Positions 1-13,325 of a DNA stretch of 124,000 bases are shown here, piece after piece. The stretch is from Octopus vulgaris. Its lineage: Eukaryota. The number at the start of each line of letters is the position of its first letter. Within the stretch, counting starts at the first letter, position 1. The notes under the pieces are model-generated. The model searched no databases. It was not told where the DNA came from and saw nothing but the letters and a program-made list of their open reading frames with translations. The position numbers and the translations under genes were made by a program. The stretch spans positions 93,392,001-93,516,000 of the forward strand of contig OX597819.1 of the NCBI GenBank assembly GCA_951406725.2, given 5' to 3'.

Positions 1-466
1 ATAAGAAGGCAACGTTTTCTCCAGTGCATCTTTGCACAAAAGTACATTTGAAAAAAAAAGATTTTATCCCAACTAAAAATAAAATGACTGACATACAGAA
101 TGAATGGTTTAGAGATAAAGTATGATGTATATAAGGAATGGGAGGGGATGAAGATGAGAATGAAAGAGAAGAGAGAGAGAGAAAAAAAGAAGAAACAGAA
201 AACGAAATGAAAATGGTTTTGACGTTTTAAATGTGCCTGTGTATGCCGTTGTTGGTTGTCATTTAGCCCCAAGAAGGCGTCCATCATCGTGTAGACATGC
301 GCTCAAAGCCATAACCATACCATGATATTTTCAGTAATAGGTCTATATTATTCACTGAGTTGTGTTCCTGCTGTTTTGTTGTTGTTTCAAAGTGTAGTAG
401 AGAGTGGTTTTAAAAAAAGATTTGTTTACTAAATCAAGGTTTTCCTTTTGAGCAGTTATTTCGAAT

Positions 467-887
467 CTTTTCGGTTTGAACGGCAGTTTTTTTTCTAGCG
501 GTGTCATATGAAATTTTCACCCATAACTATGACCCTAATATCGATCTATTGCATTTCATTCTGTTTTAGGGTTAGGGTTAGTTAGGGTTAGGTGTGGGGA
601 GAAGGGTACCTTTTTTTTCTTCACAAATGTAAATAAACCCAATCTGTTTCGTAAACGAGGACATATTCATACGGCACAGAATGTTTTTTTTACCTCGATA
701 GACGTCAGTGATTGGTTAAAATTGCAGAAATTGAAGAAAAAAACAACAAATATCTTACAAACTATAGAATTTTCTCAATAAAGCCAAGGAAAAAAATGTT
801 TTATAAACACATTCTACTAGTATACGAAGTTAAAAACTTTTTTGTTACCTAGAAATTATGTTAAAAACTGCCGTTCAAATCGAAAAG
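467..887. mobile_element. Non-autonomous element bounded by 25-bp inverted repeats, with an internal TTAGGG-like tract (MITE- or Helentron-like)
   Basis: cttttcggtttgaacggcagttttt (467-491) matches the reverse complement of 863-887 with 1 mismatch; ttagggttagggttagttagggttagg at 566-592. Confidence 0.55.
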
Positions 888-1011
888 AGCCGTTATTTCT
901 AGTAGTTTTGCTACTTCTGGCTTTGGAACTGTGGACATATGTTGACGCAAGTGTATGTGTATATAAAGAAACTTTGTGTCCGTGCGCGAGTATTTGCGTA
1001 GTTATATATGT

Positions 1012-1242
1012 ATTTCTTTATTGCCCACAAGGAGCTAAACACAGAGGGGACAAACAAGGACAGACAAAGGGATTAAGTCGATTACATCGACCCCAGTGCG
1101 TAACTGGTACTTAATTTATCGACCCCGAAAGGATGAAAGGCAAAGTCGACCTCGGCGGAATTTGAACTCGGAACATAACGGCAGACGAAATACGGCTACG
1201 CATTTCGCCCGGCGTGCTAACGTTTCTGGCAGCTCGCCGCCT
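1012..1242 (-). mobile_element. SINE family B (head GGCGGCGAGCTGGCAGAAACGTTAGCACGCC)
   Basis: Many dispersed copies in the window; B-box-like GTTCAAATTCC; tail ending AAAGAAATA. Confidence 0.75.
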
Positions 1243-1505
1243 TTTTGCGTAGTTATATATGCGCGCCCTTTGTATATTTTAACTTAGAAATGTTTGCTTA
1301 GAAAACAGACTTACACGGTCTGCTATTATACATTTACAGATATTTTCATGTCTACTATTTACAGTACTCTAAAAAAAATATACTCTATGGTCGTCTGCAT
1401 AGAGCTGTCAATAGACTGTAGTCATACTGTTTAATTTTATCTACTATATATATGTATGTTTGTGTGTGTTTGTATACAATACCATGTCCTTGCTAATAAT
1501 CAATA

Positions 1506-1830
1506 CTAGTAGTATAGCCCGGCGTTGCTCGGGTTTGTTTTTTAGTTGCGCTTAAAACGGCAGACTTTCATATCGCGTTAACAAAGTTTTGACATAGTTT
1601 CAGTCTTTTTTGAAAAGAAAAAAAATTGCATTATGTAGCTTGTTATTCTCTTTAAGTGAATATTTTTCTGGTTGAAATACACCGAAAGATGACGACACAG
1701 CAGTAAAAAAATCGTAAAAAATAGGGATTTTCATAGAAAAAAAAACACCTTTCTGATGTAAATAATTTTTGGTCTTAACATGGTCCGATTTGAATTTTTT
1801 CTTCTACGGAATGTCTATCCAATAGTGTTA
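1506..1830 (-). mobile_element. Non-autonomous Helitron-like element, 3' end (5' limit uncertain)
   Basis: Minus strand reads CCCGAGCAACGCCGGG hairpin, then 8 nt, then CTAG|T, the canonical Helitron 3' terminus; a degenerate version of the same motif is at 51237-51263. Confidence 0.5.
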
Positions 1831-2293
1831 CACCGTCCAACATAGTGGGGATTTAAGCAATGCTTCCGTAGATAGTTGATAGGTTGGATGTGGCACTCAT
1901 GAAGAGCAGTATCCCTTGAAATAAGCACATACGCTTATTGCCTGTTTTTTTTTTTTTGTTCTTTTTCTATCTTCCTTCACATTGTTTACATAGACGTATT
2001 CGTTTACAAAATGACTCTGAATTCTATTGGAAATCTATAGTTTACCACTTAAAAATAAGAATATCGCACTGCTAACACAAAACGTAGGGCACAATATTGA
2101 CTTGTATGCCTTCAATATATTTGGTAGTATATTAGGGTTGCAAAAGTAAGTATTGTTTGTGTCCTTGCTAATAATCAATTAATCAGTTCAATTTCCTTGC
2201 AGTTCGGATGGAAAAGAAGTGCTGGATTATTACTTTCCATCACACTAGTGTGCTGTTTTTGCTAATGTGGTTGATAGAATATTCTCAAACATA

Positions 2294-2675
2294 GGCGCAG
2301 GATAACAAGCTTACTTCCCAACCACATGGTTCCGGGTTCAGTTCCACTGCGTGGCACCTTGGACAAGAGTCTTCTACTATAGCCTCGGGCGGACCAAAGC
2401 CTCGTGAGTGGATTTGGTAGACGGAAACTGAAAGAAACTTGTCGTATATATGCATATATATCTATGTACATGTTTGTGTGTCTGTGTTTGTCCCCAACAA
2501 TCGCATACCAACCGATGTTGGTGTGTTTATGTCCTCGTAACTTAACGGTTCGGCAAAAATAACCGATAGAATAAGTACTAGGCTTACAAAGAATAAGTCC
2601 TGGGATCGATTCGTTGGAGTAAAGGCGGTGCTCCAGCATGGCCGCAGTCAAATGACTGAAACAAGTAAAAGAGTA
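2294..2675 (+). mobile_element. SINE family A (tRNA-like head, central (TA)/(TG) microsatellite, GAGTAAAA-type tail)
   Basis: ggttccgggttcagttccactgcgtggcaccttgg B-box-like head; conserved 3' body; more than 20 related copies in the window. Confidence 0.8.
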
Positions 2676-2759
2676 TACAAATTTCATCCAATACTTCCAT
2701 AGATACAAAAGGAAAACCGTTTAATAGTTGCTATGACATGTTTAATGTTTAATTGGTTT

Positions 2760-3215
2760 CAAATTTTGGCACAAGGTCAGCTATTTCGGGTGTGGGGGCA
2801 AGTCGAATACATCGACCACAGTGCTCCACTTGTACTTATTTTATCGACTCCAAAATGATGAAAGGTAAGGCCGGCCACGGTGGAATTTGAACTCAGAGCG
2901 TAACAGCGGATGAAATGTCGCTAAGCATTTTGCCTGGCGTGCTAATGATTCTACCAGCTCGCCGCCATATCATGTGCCAGTAATATGCTGTGATGATATG
3001 GCGGCGAACTAGCAAAATCGTAAGCATGCCGGGTGAAATACTTAGCAGCATTTTGTCATCTTTACGTTCTGAGTTCAAATTCCACCGAGGTCGACTTTGC
3101 CTTACATCTTTTGGAAGTCGATAAAATATGTACCAGGTGAATACTGGTGTCGGTGTAATCTACTTCACCCCTTCCTCGAAATTGCTGGCCTTGAGTCAAA
3201 ATTTGAAACCAGTAT
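2760..3215. mobile_element. Two head-to-head SINE family B copies (- then +)
   Basis: agctcgccgcc at about 2958-2968 and ggcggcgaactagc at about 3000; both followed by family B body. Confidence 0.65.
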
Positions 3216-3339
3216 ACGCTGATGATGTTTAATCCTTTAGCATAAAGACTACTCTGTCAAATGCAATGTTTATTTATTCACATTGTTTTCAATTAATCAT
3301 GCTTTATTCTTGAAGTTTCGAGATTTCAAAGATGTGATT

Positions 3340-3567
3340 ACTCTCTTTACTCTTTTACTTGTTTCAGTCATTTGACTGCGGCCATGCTGGAGCACCGCCT
3401 TGAGTCGAGCAAATCGACCCCGGGACTTATTCTTTGTAAGCCCAGTACTTATTCTATCGGTCTCTTTTGCCGAACCGCTAAGTGACGGGGACGTAAACAC
3501 ACCAGCATCGGTTGTCAAGCAATGCTAGGGGGACAAACACAGACACACAAACATATACACACACACT

Positions 3568-3614
<47 letters not shown>

Positions 3615-3777
3615 GACAGGCTTCTTTCAGTTTCCGTCTACCAAATCCACTCACAAGGCATTGGTCGGCCCGGGGCTATAGCAGAAGACACTTGCCCAAG
3701 ATGCCATGCAGTGGGACTGAACCCGGAACCATGTGGTTGGTTAGCAAGCTACTTACCACACAGCCACTCCTGCGCCT
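3340..3777 (-). mobile_element. SINE family A, full length, CpGs intact
   Basis: Runs from the ttactcttttacttg tail to the ctcctgcgcc head; central (TA)n. Confidence 0.85.
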
Positions 3778-3944
3778 GTTTATTTTTAGAATAACATTGC
3801 AGGGTAGTCGTGAGAAGCTGGATCAGGTTTGTTTGAACAAAAAAGCGGTAGAATATTTGGGCCAAATATGGGTGATTTAAATGCTAAAGGCTAAGATATT
3901 GTTGTTTAATGAGTCATTACTGTTTGGCTCTGTGGTAAGTTATA

Positions 3945-4106
3945 GGTGTCGGAGTAGCTGTATAGTAAGTAGCTTGCTTGCCAACCACATGGTTCCGGGT
4001 TCAGTTCCACTGCGTGGCACCTTGGACAAGAGTCTTCTACTATAGTCTCGGGCCGACCAAAGCCTTGTGAGTGGATTTGGTAGACGGAAACTGAAAGAAG
4101 CCCGTC

Positions 4107-4146
<40 letters not shown>

Positions 4147-4368
4147 TCTATGTACATGTTTGTGTGTCTGTGTTTGCACCCGCACCAACGTTGTTTGACA
4201 ACCGATGCTGGTGTGTTTACGTCCCGGTAACTTAGCGGTTTGACAAAAGAGACCGACAGAATAAGTACTAGGCTTACAAAGAATAAGTCCTGGGGTCGAT
4301 TTGTTCGACTAAAGGCGGTGCTCCAGCATGGCCACAGTCAAATGACTGAAACGAGCAAAGAAAAAAGA
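3945..4368 (+). mobile_element. SINE family A
   Basis: Head, central (TA)n and 3' body as in other copies. Confidence 0.85.
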
Positions 4369-4624
4369 GCTCTGATTACGTAGACCGATGGTCAAAGTGA
4401 TGCGGCTGAGAACATCCCTTTTCTTAATTTCAGAAGTAACCAAGATTACATCACTTTATTTGTCATTCTTTTTATGATAATATGGTGTGATTGGCTCCTA
4501 TTTCTAACAAGTCAAGCGACCACCTAGAGAAATTTACGGCGACTCGTGTTTTAAATATTGGTTTCTAACATAAGCATAACTGAACTGTTGCTGGTTTCTG
4601 GAACAGGTGTATTTTTTACGTGTA

Positions 4625-4800
4625 TAGGGTGTTAGCCTATAGCACAACCCCCGAATTTGGAGGGTCGATGTGTATATTTTAGTCTGACTCCTACTCGTCA
4701 ACCAAACCAGCAAGGTTAAACCTGCCAGGGAAACACGTCCCCCACTGGCACATGCTCTAGGGATCATAAAAGTACTCAAGCCTCCCCGCCACGTCAAGGC
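4625..4800 (-). mobile_element. RTE-type LINE 5'UTR-like fragment
   Basis: ggtgttagcctatagcacaacccc...gctctagggatc...aagcctccccgccacgtcaagg; similar to 92590-92775 and 111520-111690. Confidence 0.45.
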
Positions 4801-5246
4801 CACACACAGAAGCAGACATGGAAACGGAGCATTTTGGACAAGCTCAGGACCACCGACTTTACACGGGAAGCAGCCAAGAAACACACCAATGACCGCAAAA
4901 AGTGGAAAACAACTGTTTGGAGCATTTTAAATCATCATTAAATCATAGATCGCTCAAAATATTCTTAGTGTCCTAATTTATAATTAGTTAAGTTGCTTGT
5001 TATTACTGTCGCCTTTGCCGTCGCGGCTACTGTTTATTTTTTTTTAGCCCAGGGTAACCCTAAACGAGCAGAACTATTTAAAGGCATTCCAAACGCCACT
5101 ATCTGATAATTTTTTGATACGTAATATATCATGAATCTACATACACACATGCATACATACACACATACATATACACACACAAACATACATATATGTTTAT
5201 ATACATATATGTATACATATATATATACAAAAAAAATATTCGAGCG

Positions 5247-5466
5247 AGGTCAAAGCCAGTGCCGCTGGACTGGCTCCTATGTAGGTGGCACGTAAAAGCA
5301 TCCACTACACTCTCGGAGTGGTTGGCGTTAGGAAGTGCATCCAGCTGTAGAAACTCTGCCAGATCAGATTGGAGCCTGGTGCAGCCATCTGGCTCGTCAG
5401 TCCTCAGTCAAATCGTCCAACCCATGCCAGCATGGAAAGCAGACGTTAAATGATGATGATGATGAT
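5247..5466 (+). mobile_element. Retroposon family D ((GAT)n tail; GGAAGGGCATCCAGCTGTAGAAAC core)
   Basis: Related copies at about 57.5, 77.3, 89.6, 91.9, 108.7, 115.5 and 122.3 kb, ending ...gttaaacgatgatgatg or close variants. Confidence 0.75.
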
Positions 5467-5491
5467 ACACATGTATATACATATATGTGTG

Positions 5492-5530
<39 letters not shown>

Positions 5531-5541
5531 GTGTGTGTGTG

Positions 5542-5573
<32 letters not shown>

Positions 5574-8169
5574 CATATAGATATGTGTTTGTGTGTGTGC
5601 GTATGTGTGTGTATTCAACGTATCCCTCTCATTTTTAATCAGTAGGGCATGTTTAGAGGTAGAGATTTGGCTGTTATTTTGTTATTTCTACCAGTTCTAC
5701 CATCACATACAGATTCTTTCGTTGGCCCATATCTAAAACAGGTGTTTTAGTTTCTTATTTTCTCTTCTTATACAACGTCTCTTCTTAAAAGTAGTTAAAA
5801 GTAGACACAAAAGAAAATTGCAGAAATAAATATGGCTTATGAAAATCCAAAATCTCATTGTTGGGCGATTTGAGCTTAAGCAATAAAGAATAATGTCTTC
5901 TGTGAAGTGTTATGCATCTTTTACAAGATCGTGCGATGTTTTGTCTCAATGCGAATAGCACCTCACTAAAATGTCTGCTTTTCTCATTTAGTTTCTCCTA
6001 TACACTATTTAAAATATAATTCCCTCTTTTGCGATGTTGCCTTCGTTTCTCATTTATGTTGTCCTTCCAAATTAAAATATATTTCACTTTCTTGTGAAAC
6101 GTATCTTAATTTGTCATTAACATTGTCTTTCCATACTTTCCATATTTAAGATATGCTGCTTTTTCTTTAGATATGACATTTATGATGTTTAGTACATATT
6201 TTGATTAGATTGTCTATATACTGGTGTTGCATTTCTTGTTGCTGCTGCTTTTTGTACTTTAATCTGAAGTAAGTCCTGATTAAATAGGACTCTTATCAAA
6301 GGCATTACCCACCCGTCTATGCAATAGTGTAGCGTGGGTTCTGACCGCCCTGTGTGGTAAACAAATTGTATCCACCTTGTGCGGTCTGCACATCCCGCTT
6401 ACTTTATGCTACACCACTCTGTCTATGTAATCTCTACCAAAGCAGAGACTACGAGCAGTAATGTGTGTTTCTTCATTGAAGATGAAAGCATGGAGTTTGA
6501 TAAAGATCCTGTTACAACTTTTCTCAGGTTGTTGATTCCAGTATCTTTTTGAATACTGTCATTATTGGCACGTATGAGAAAGACAGTCACCTTAGTAAAA
6601 CAATTCGGAACATCCAATCAGCATTGACTAGAAATGCAAGCTTCAAAATATGAGACGTGTTAAACGAAGGGACTAATTCTAAAGTTGGTGCAAAACAATC
6701 AGCATAAATAATTATGGCTTTAGAGAATTCAAAGGCTCCGTGTTTGGTTATTTGATCTCACAAAACAAGAAACAATGATACATTCTTTAGAGTGTCATTG
6801 TTATGTGTATTTTGTAATATACTGTGAAACATCTTGCTCTATTCAGGCAAAAAGTATCTCGCAAAAGATGTCTGAATTTCTTATTTACGTAATAAGAAAA
6901 ACGAGCTTTTAACAAACAGTTTGCTTGGAAAAGATTCCCTGAGTACTTCTTAAAATCATTTATAGCTTAGCTTCAGGCAAATTATGTCACTGCTTTAAGG
7001 GTTTCTGAATCTTAAAGTAAAGGAAATATTTCTACTGCGAAATTCACGTTCGTTTCTGTTTGAAGTTCGTCTTCTTGGAATTTTTACGTAGACAGAAATG
7101 ACAGTAGAAAGTGCCTCGAAGCTTCTTTTATTTCTTAATCGTTTTAAAACATTACAAATGATTTAAACGTTGACGTTGTCGTCGATAGTGATGATGAAGA
7201 CACACTCGGGATTAAGAATTCTGACAATGATGATGATGAGGGTCATTATCATAGTAACGATAATAACGGCAATAATAACGATATTTACTACTATCATTAT
7301 TGTGATGAATAGAAGCCGTTGATTAGATATAGTTTCTTTATTTGCCACAAGGACATATCACACCGAAAACACCTGTTCTTGTCCGATGACTAAATATCGA
7401 AAGAAATCATTACCGTCATAATCATTATCGCTAATATTATTTTTATTATTAGATTTACTTGTGCAAATAAGATAGCGAATGATGGTGGACATTTTGCGAA
7501 TGATAGAACTGGCTTAGGTGGTGATAGAGTTGCTGTTGCTTGTGACTACAATAGCTGAGATAATGGTGGTAGTGGTGGTGGTGATGATGGTGGTGGTGGT
7601 GGTGGTGCTGCTGCTGCTGCTGCTACTGCTAGCGTGATGTTGTTGGCGGCAATGGTACTGGTGCTTGTGCTGGCGACACAACATACACGTACACATACAC
7701 TACACATACACGCTATACAAATTGATTCTTCCAATAATCAGAAACTCTTTATAAGGCTCTGATTAGAAGGAAAAAGGAAACACAAACTGGTTGGAAGACA
7801 GCTTGAAACATCTCGAGTGGTGTCTCTTGAAATTGCTACGAGATAATGGAATATAAATCGAAACGAAGTTGTATCGTTTATTTACTATCAACTACCACCG
7901 GTCACTACTATCTCCTACCATAACTCTCACCGTACCCAACACCATCATTATCACTATCAACGATAGTCCTCTCGCCACCACTTTATCTCCATCTCTCTCC
8001 TCTATTACTACGACTACCATTAATACTATTATTACCAACATTCAACAACCAACAAATACCATTCTGATTCTTACCATCAGAATCAACAGCAAAAGTGGGG
8101 AGAGACCCCCGCTGGCCCTATCAAATATAGCCAGATATAGTAACCCTCAATAACTATTATCAACTGTGA

Positions 8170-8490
8170 AGATGCGTGGCTTAGTGGTTAGAGTATCCGG
8201 CTCCCAATCGTAAGGACGTGGGTTCGACTCCCGACGTCACGTTGTGTCCTTGGGCAAGACATTTTATTTCACATCCCTTCAGTTTATTCATTTGGCAAAG
8301 ATTAGTTGTACCTGTAATTCAAAGGGCCGACCTCGTTACATCCTGTGTCACGCTGAATCTCCCTGAAAACTACACTAAGGGTACGCGTGTATGTGGAGCG
8401 CTCAGCCATTTGCATGTTAATTTCACGCGTAGGCTGTTCCGTTGATCCGATCAACTGGAACCCTCGTCGTCGTAATCGATGGAGTACCAG
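8170..8490 (+). mobile_element. tRNA-derived SINE (further family)
   Basis: tggcttagtggttagag A-box and gggttcgactccc B-box; its tail recurs at about 55090-55170. Confidence 0.7.
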
Positions 8491-8869
8491 AACTATCAAC
8501 CATGACAATCAACTACCTTGATTGACATCAGCTTTGTTAAATATCCCCACAAAACAGCCACCACCAGATGAGCCAACGAAAGAGTCTTTATATGGACGGT
8601 CGGTCAGCTAAAAATATTTACCAAATCTCCCTTAATAATACCCAACTAAATTAAAGTAAAAGATCATTGTGAATAATGTAATACCATTCATCGCAGATTT
8701 GTTGGCTCAAGACTGACCTACAACTAAACACTAAACACATTCAGCCATTTAAGCGATGGTCTCTGGCGTTAATTTTAACGTATGGGCGTCCAGGTATTCG
8801 ATCAATGAATTGAAGTGTGAAGTGGCTGAGTATTCAAAAGAGAAGTGTATTATTCTTTTCTACTCTATG

Positions 8870-9285
8870 CACAAGGCCCGAAATTTTAGGGGAGGCGGCC
8901 AGTCGATTAGATCGACCCCAGTATGCAACTGGTAATTAATTTCTCGACGCTGAAAGGATCAAAATCAAAGTCGACCTCGGCGAAATTTGAACTCAGAGCG
9001 TAAAAACAGACGAAATACCTTTAAGCATTTCGCCCGGCGTGCTAACGTTTCTCATTTCTTTATTACCCACAAGGGGCTAAACATAGAGGGGACAAACAAG
9101 GACAGACAAAGGGATTAAGTCGATTACATCGACTCCAGTGTGTAACTGGTACTTAATTTATCGACCCCGAAAGGATGAAAGGCAATGTCGACCTCGGCGG
9201 AATTTGAACTCACAACGTAACGGCAGACGAAATACGGCTACGCATTTCGCCCGGCGTGCTAACGTTTCTGCCAGCTCGCCGCCTT
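8870..9285 (-). mobile_element. SINE family B, tandem dimer
   Basis: Two head-to-tail body units. Confidence 0.75.
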
Positions 9286-10819
9286 AAGGCACGTATATTA
9301 TTAACACAGATGTCACTTAAAATGAATGTGACACTGTATGTAACACGATTGGATCTTTGAATTGCAGATATAGTCCATATAATAAATGCACTTGCTTAAA
9401 GTGCCATGCACTGGGATTGAACCTAGGCCTTCATGAGTGATTCATAAAAAAAACGCGCTTCTTAGCCATATCTACATTCACTGTTGTAAATACACACAAG
9501 CTCATACCATATTAATTTCAAATTTTGGCAAAAGGCCAGTAATTTCAGGGCGGGAGTTAAGTCGATTCCATTGACCCCAGTACTCAGCTGGTACTTACTT
9601 TATCGACCCCGAAGGGATGAAAGGCAAAATCGACCTCGGTGTATTTAAACTCAGAACATGAAGACGGACGAAATGTTGTTAAGCATGTCGTCTGGCAAGC
9701 TAACGATTCTGTCAGCTCGCCGCCTCACGAGTTCATATCATATTAACATAAACACAGACCAATATAAATGCAATCACAATCCGCAACTTGTTTCGTTTGT
9801 TTGTTTAATCCTTTACAAGTCCAAATCATTTTCATAAGTTTGTCCTAAACGTTCTTGCTTGTTTTCAGATTTTTAGTTAACCTTTGGATCATATGTCGTG
9901 ATATAAAGTTTTCCTTCCACAAGTACCAAGATACTCTGGTAGATGAAAAAAATATTGGGATGTGTATCATGTATGATGCAAGGTCACCCGGGAAATATGA
10001 TAAAGAGGACAAGCAAAGGGTTATCCTAATGCAAGGCGGTGGGTTTGTCAGAACCGTTAACACACCAGATAAAATGTTTAACGGCATTTCGTCCGTCTTT
10101 ATGTTCTGAGTTCAAATGCCGCCGAGCTCGAGTTTGCCCTTCATCCTTTCGCCGTTGACAAAAAATGTACCACACTCCTGCGAAATATCTGGCCTTGTAA
10201 CAAAAGCATCGGGAAAAACATGCTTCGTACCATTTGTTCCAACTTCCTATGTTCTGAGTTCAAGTCAGTTTTGCTTATCGTCTTATCGGAGTTAAGTATT
10301 CGAGAAGATGCAATCAATTTATTCCTCTCCTAAAGACGGCTGGCATTGTGCCTAAAACACAAATCCATATTTCAATCAAAATCAGTCGTTTAAAGATGTA
10401 ATCAACCAAAATTGATAGTTTGTTGAACCTGCCTTCTAAGATGATACTTGTACCTGAAAATTAGCGACCATCTTCCTATGGGCAGTGCAAATATTCATAC
10501 ATTCATAAGCGTGCATGAGCAAATATCAGTTCTTTTGTATGCATATGCACACTTAAACTTATGCTCGTGCACATGAATTTTTATATGTTCACATTAATAT
10601 ATCATTGACACTCGTTTGCAGTCATACGATCAAACGTTTGCTAAAGAAAGCCCTTGTGCACATACATGAATGCACAAGCGTCGATATTTGCATACATTTC
10701 CATGTGCAGATCTAAATATACTCACCCATTCTACGTACAAATATGTATATGTATTTGAACGTATACATATATACATGAGTTTGTAACTGTTTGTATAAGA
10801 ATAACCTTGTCGACGTATC

Positions 10820-10851
<32 letters not shown>

Positions 10852-12540
10852 TGTGTGTGTATGTTTGTATGTGCGTGCGTGTGTGAAGTATACAATACAT
10901 GCACACATACATATGCCAATACAAACACGGTGACACGCTTTCGTATACTAGTCGTTGACTTTCATGTTTTCTCTCACATGTCCATGCATAGACACACATT
11001 GACAGACAAGCTTACACACGTATGGACATGCTTACACACATGCGTTCGTAGGGAGCTATATTTTATAAATATATCTTTATAAATATATTTTCATTCATTC
11101 ATATAAACAAATCCATTTACGTACATACGTTCTGACATACACATTCACCAGCAGAATCACATACACACACACATACACACACACGCACACATACACACTC
11201 AGACATACACACACACACAATAACAAATACACCCACACAAATACATAAAGACGCATACAACTTGTCGTCTGCTTAGCCATTAAAACTGTTGCTACATGAC
11301 AAGCAGACGTCAGTCTCACGCTGAAGTGTGACACAAAATACTCGATAGAAAGACAGCGTATATTATTTATTGATCCAGTACAGTACAAACGCTTGAGAGA
11401 AGTTTCATTTCTCAACTGGAGTAAAACTATATTACATGTTGCATGTATGCAAAAATGTCTTCCGTATGCCTCAGTCTCCCCTCTCTCCGTCTTTTTCCTC
11501 CTTCCATTCTCCCTTCTCTCCTACACTTCCTCATACCACCACCCTAATTAACCTCCATCTCCTTCACTACCATTTTTCTTCGTTATTTCTTTCTCTCCTG
11601 AGTCGTCTCTACTTAGCATAATCCCCCCTCCTCCTCCTCGTCGTCGTCGTCGTCTCCTTCCTCTTTCTTCTCCTTCTCTACCTCACCATCATCATCATCA
11701 TCGTCATCGTCATCATAATCATCGTCGCCACCACCACGAAGCGCCACTAGCACTACAACCATCACTAATAATATCTTCGCTTCAGTAGTTGCAATCACTT
11801 TGGCTGACAATGTCGCCAACGTCGCCATTGTTATCACCTGCCAACATCATTGCTACCTTTGTCAACCAATGTTGCTGCTGCTGCTGCTGTTACCACTGCT
11901 GCTGTCGCTGCTGGTGTTACCACTGCTGCTGTCGCTGCTGTGGTTGATATCACCGCCTGTTGCCATTGTCGTTGTTATTACGACAGCTGTTGTACTTGTT
12001 TCTCTATATAATTCATGTAGCTTAATGTACTTGTTAATATTACTGTTGTTGTAGCTGTTGTTGTTGTTGTTGTTTCTGATATTGTAACTAACTGTTTATA
12101 ATTATTATAACTTAAGTACTTTTTAATACTACTGTCGTTGTTATTATTATTATTATTGTCGTCGCTGTTTCGGATCTTTTACGAAGGGGGGGGGGGATGA
12201 CGAGCTTACCTTTTCGAACTGTCCCAATTATTTCCTAAAAAAAAGAGATATAAAAAAATTAAAAAAAACAAAAGCAACGGTGTAGAAATTTTCCAAAATA
12301 TTCCCAGAACCAGTTCGAACAGTAAATATCAGTTTCTGTTAACATTAGATGTGTTGTTACGCTAACTGCTGTTCCTGCTACTCTCATTCTTTATTGGTAT
12401 TAACGTTGTTGTTGTTGTTGTCGTTGTTGTTGTTCTTTAGTCCCAGGTCAACCCTGATCGAGTAACACCTATGATCAAAGACAGCCATTTCAATCCGATC
12501 TGGCTGAATCGTTAGCGCGTCGGACAAAACAGCTGCATTT

Positions 12541-13325
12541 CTTCTGACCCCTTTACGTTCCGAGTTCAAATTCCGCCCTGGTCGACGGTGCCTCTCGTCC
12601 TTTTAGAGGGCCAATAAAATAAAGTACTATTCAAGTACTGAGGTCGATATAATCGACTCACCCTTTCCCTCAAAAGTACTGGCCTTTCACCAAAATTTCT
12701 TCTGACCCCTTTACGTTCCGAGTTCATATTCCACCTAGGTCGACGTAGCCTCTCATCCTTTTAGAGGGTCAATAAAACAAAGTACTATTCAAGTACTGAG
12801 GTCGATATAATCAACTCACCCCTTCCCTCAAAAGTACTGGCCTTTCACCAAAATTTCTTCTGACCCCTTTACGTTCCGAGTTCAAATTCCGCTCTGGTCG
12901 ACGGTGCCTCCCATCCTTTTAGAGGGTCAATAAAACAAAGTACTATTCAAGTACTGAGGTCGATATAATCAACTCATCCCTTCCCTCAAAAGTACTGGCC
13001 TTTCACCAAAATTTCTTCTGATCCCTTTACGTTCGAGTTCAAATTCCGCCCTGGTCGACGTAGCCTCTCGTCCTTTTAGAGGGTCAATAAAACAAAGTAC
13101 TATTCAAGTATTGAGGTCGATATAATCAACTCACCCCTTCCCTCAAAAGTACTGGCCTTTCACCAAAATTTCTTCTGACCCCTTTACGTTCCGAGTTCAA
13201 ATTCCGCCCTGGTCGACAGTGCCTCTCACCCTTTTAGAGGGTCAATAAAACAAAGTACTATTCAAGTACTGAGGTCGATATAATCAACTCACCCCTTCCC
13301 TCAAAAGTACTGGCCTTTTACCAAA
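12541..13325 (+). repeat. Tandem array, about 158-bp unit x5, derived from the SINE family B body
   Basis: Unit starts at 12541, 12699, 12857, 13015 and 13172; each contains gttccgagttcaaattcc or a close variant. Confidence 0.9.

Noticed and set aside
566-592. TTAGGG repeats as a telomere
   Set aside because: Only about 4 imperfect units, internal to an inverted-repeat element.
8170-8240. tRNA-like sequences (also at 41050-41118, 54740-54815, 68453-68525 and 103925-103992)
   Set aside because: They continue into repeat bodies and lack complete acceptor stems, so they are SINE heads rather than tRNA genes.
12541-13325. Regularly spaced repeats resembling a CRISPR array
   Set aside because: Whole 158-bp units repeat with no unique spacers, they derive from a SINE, the context is eukaryotic, and there are no cas genes.
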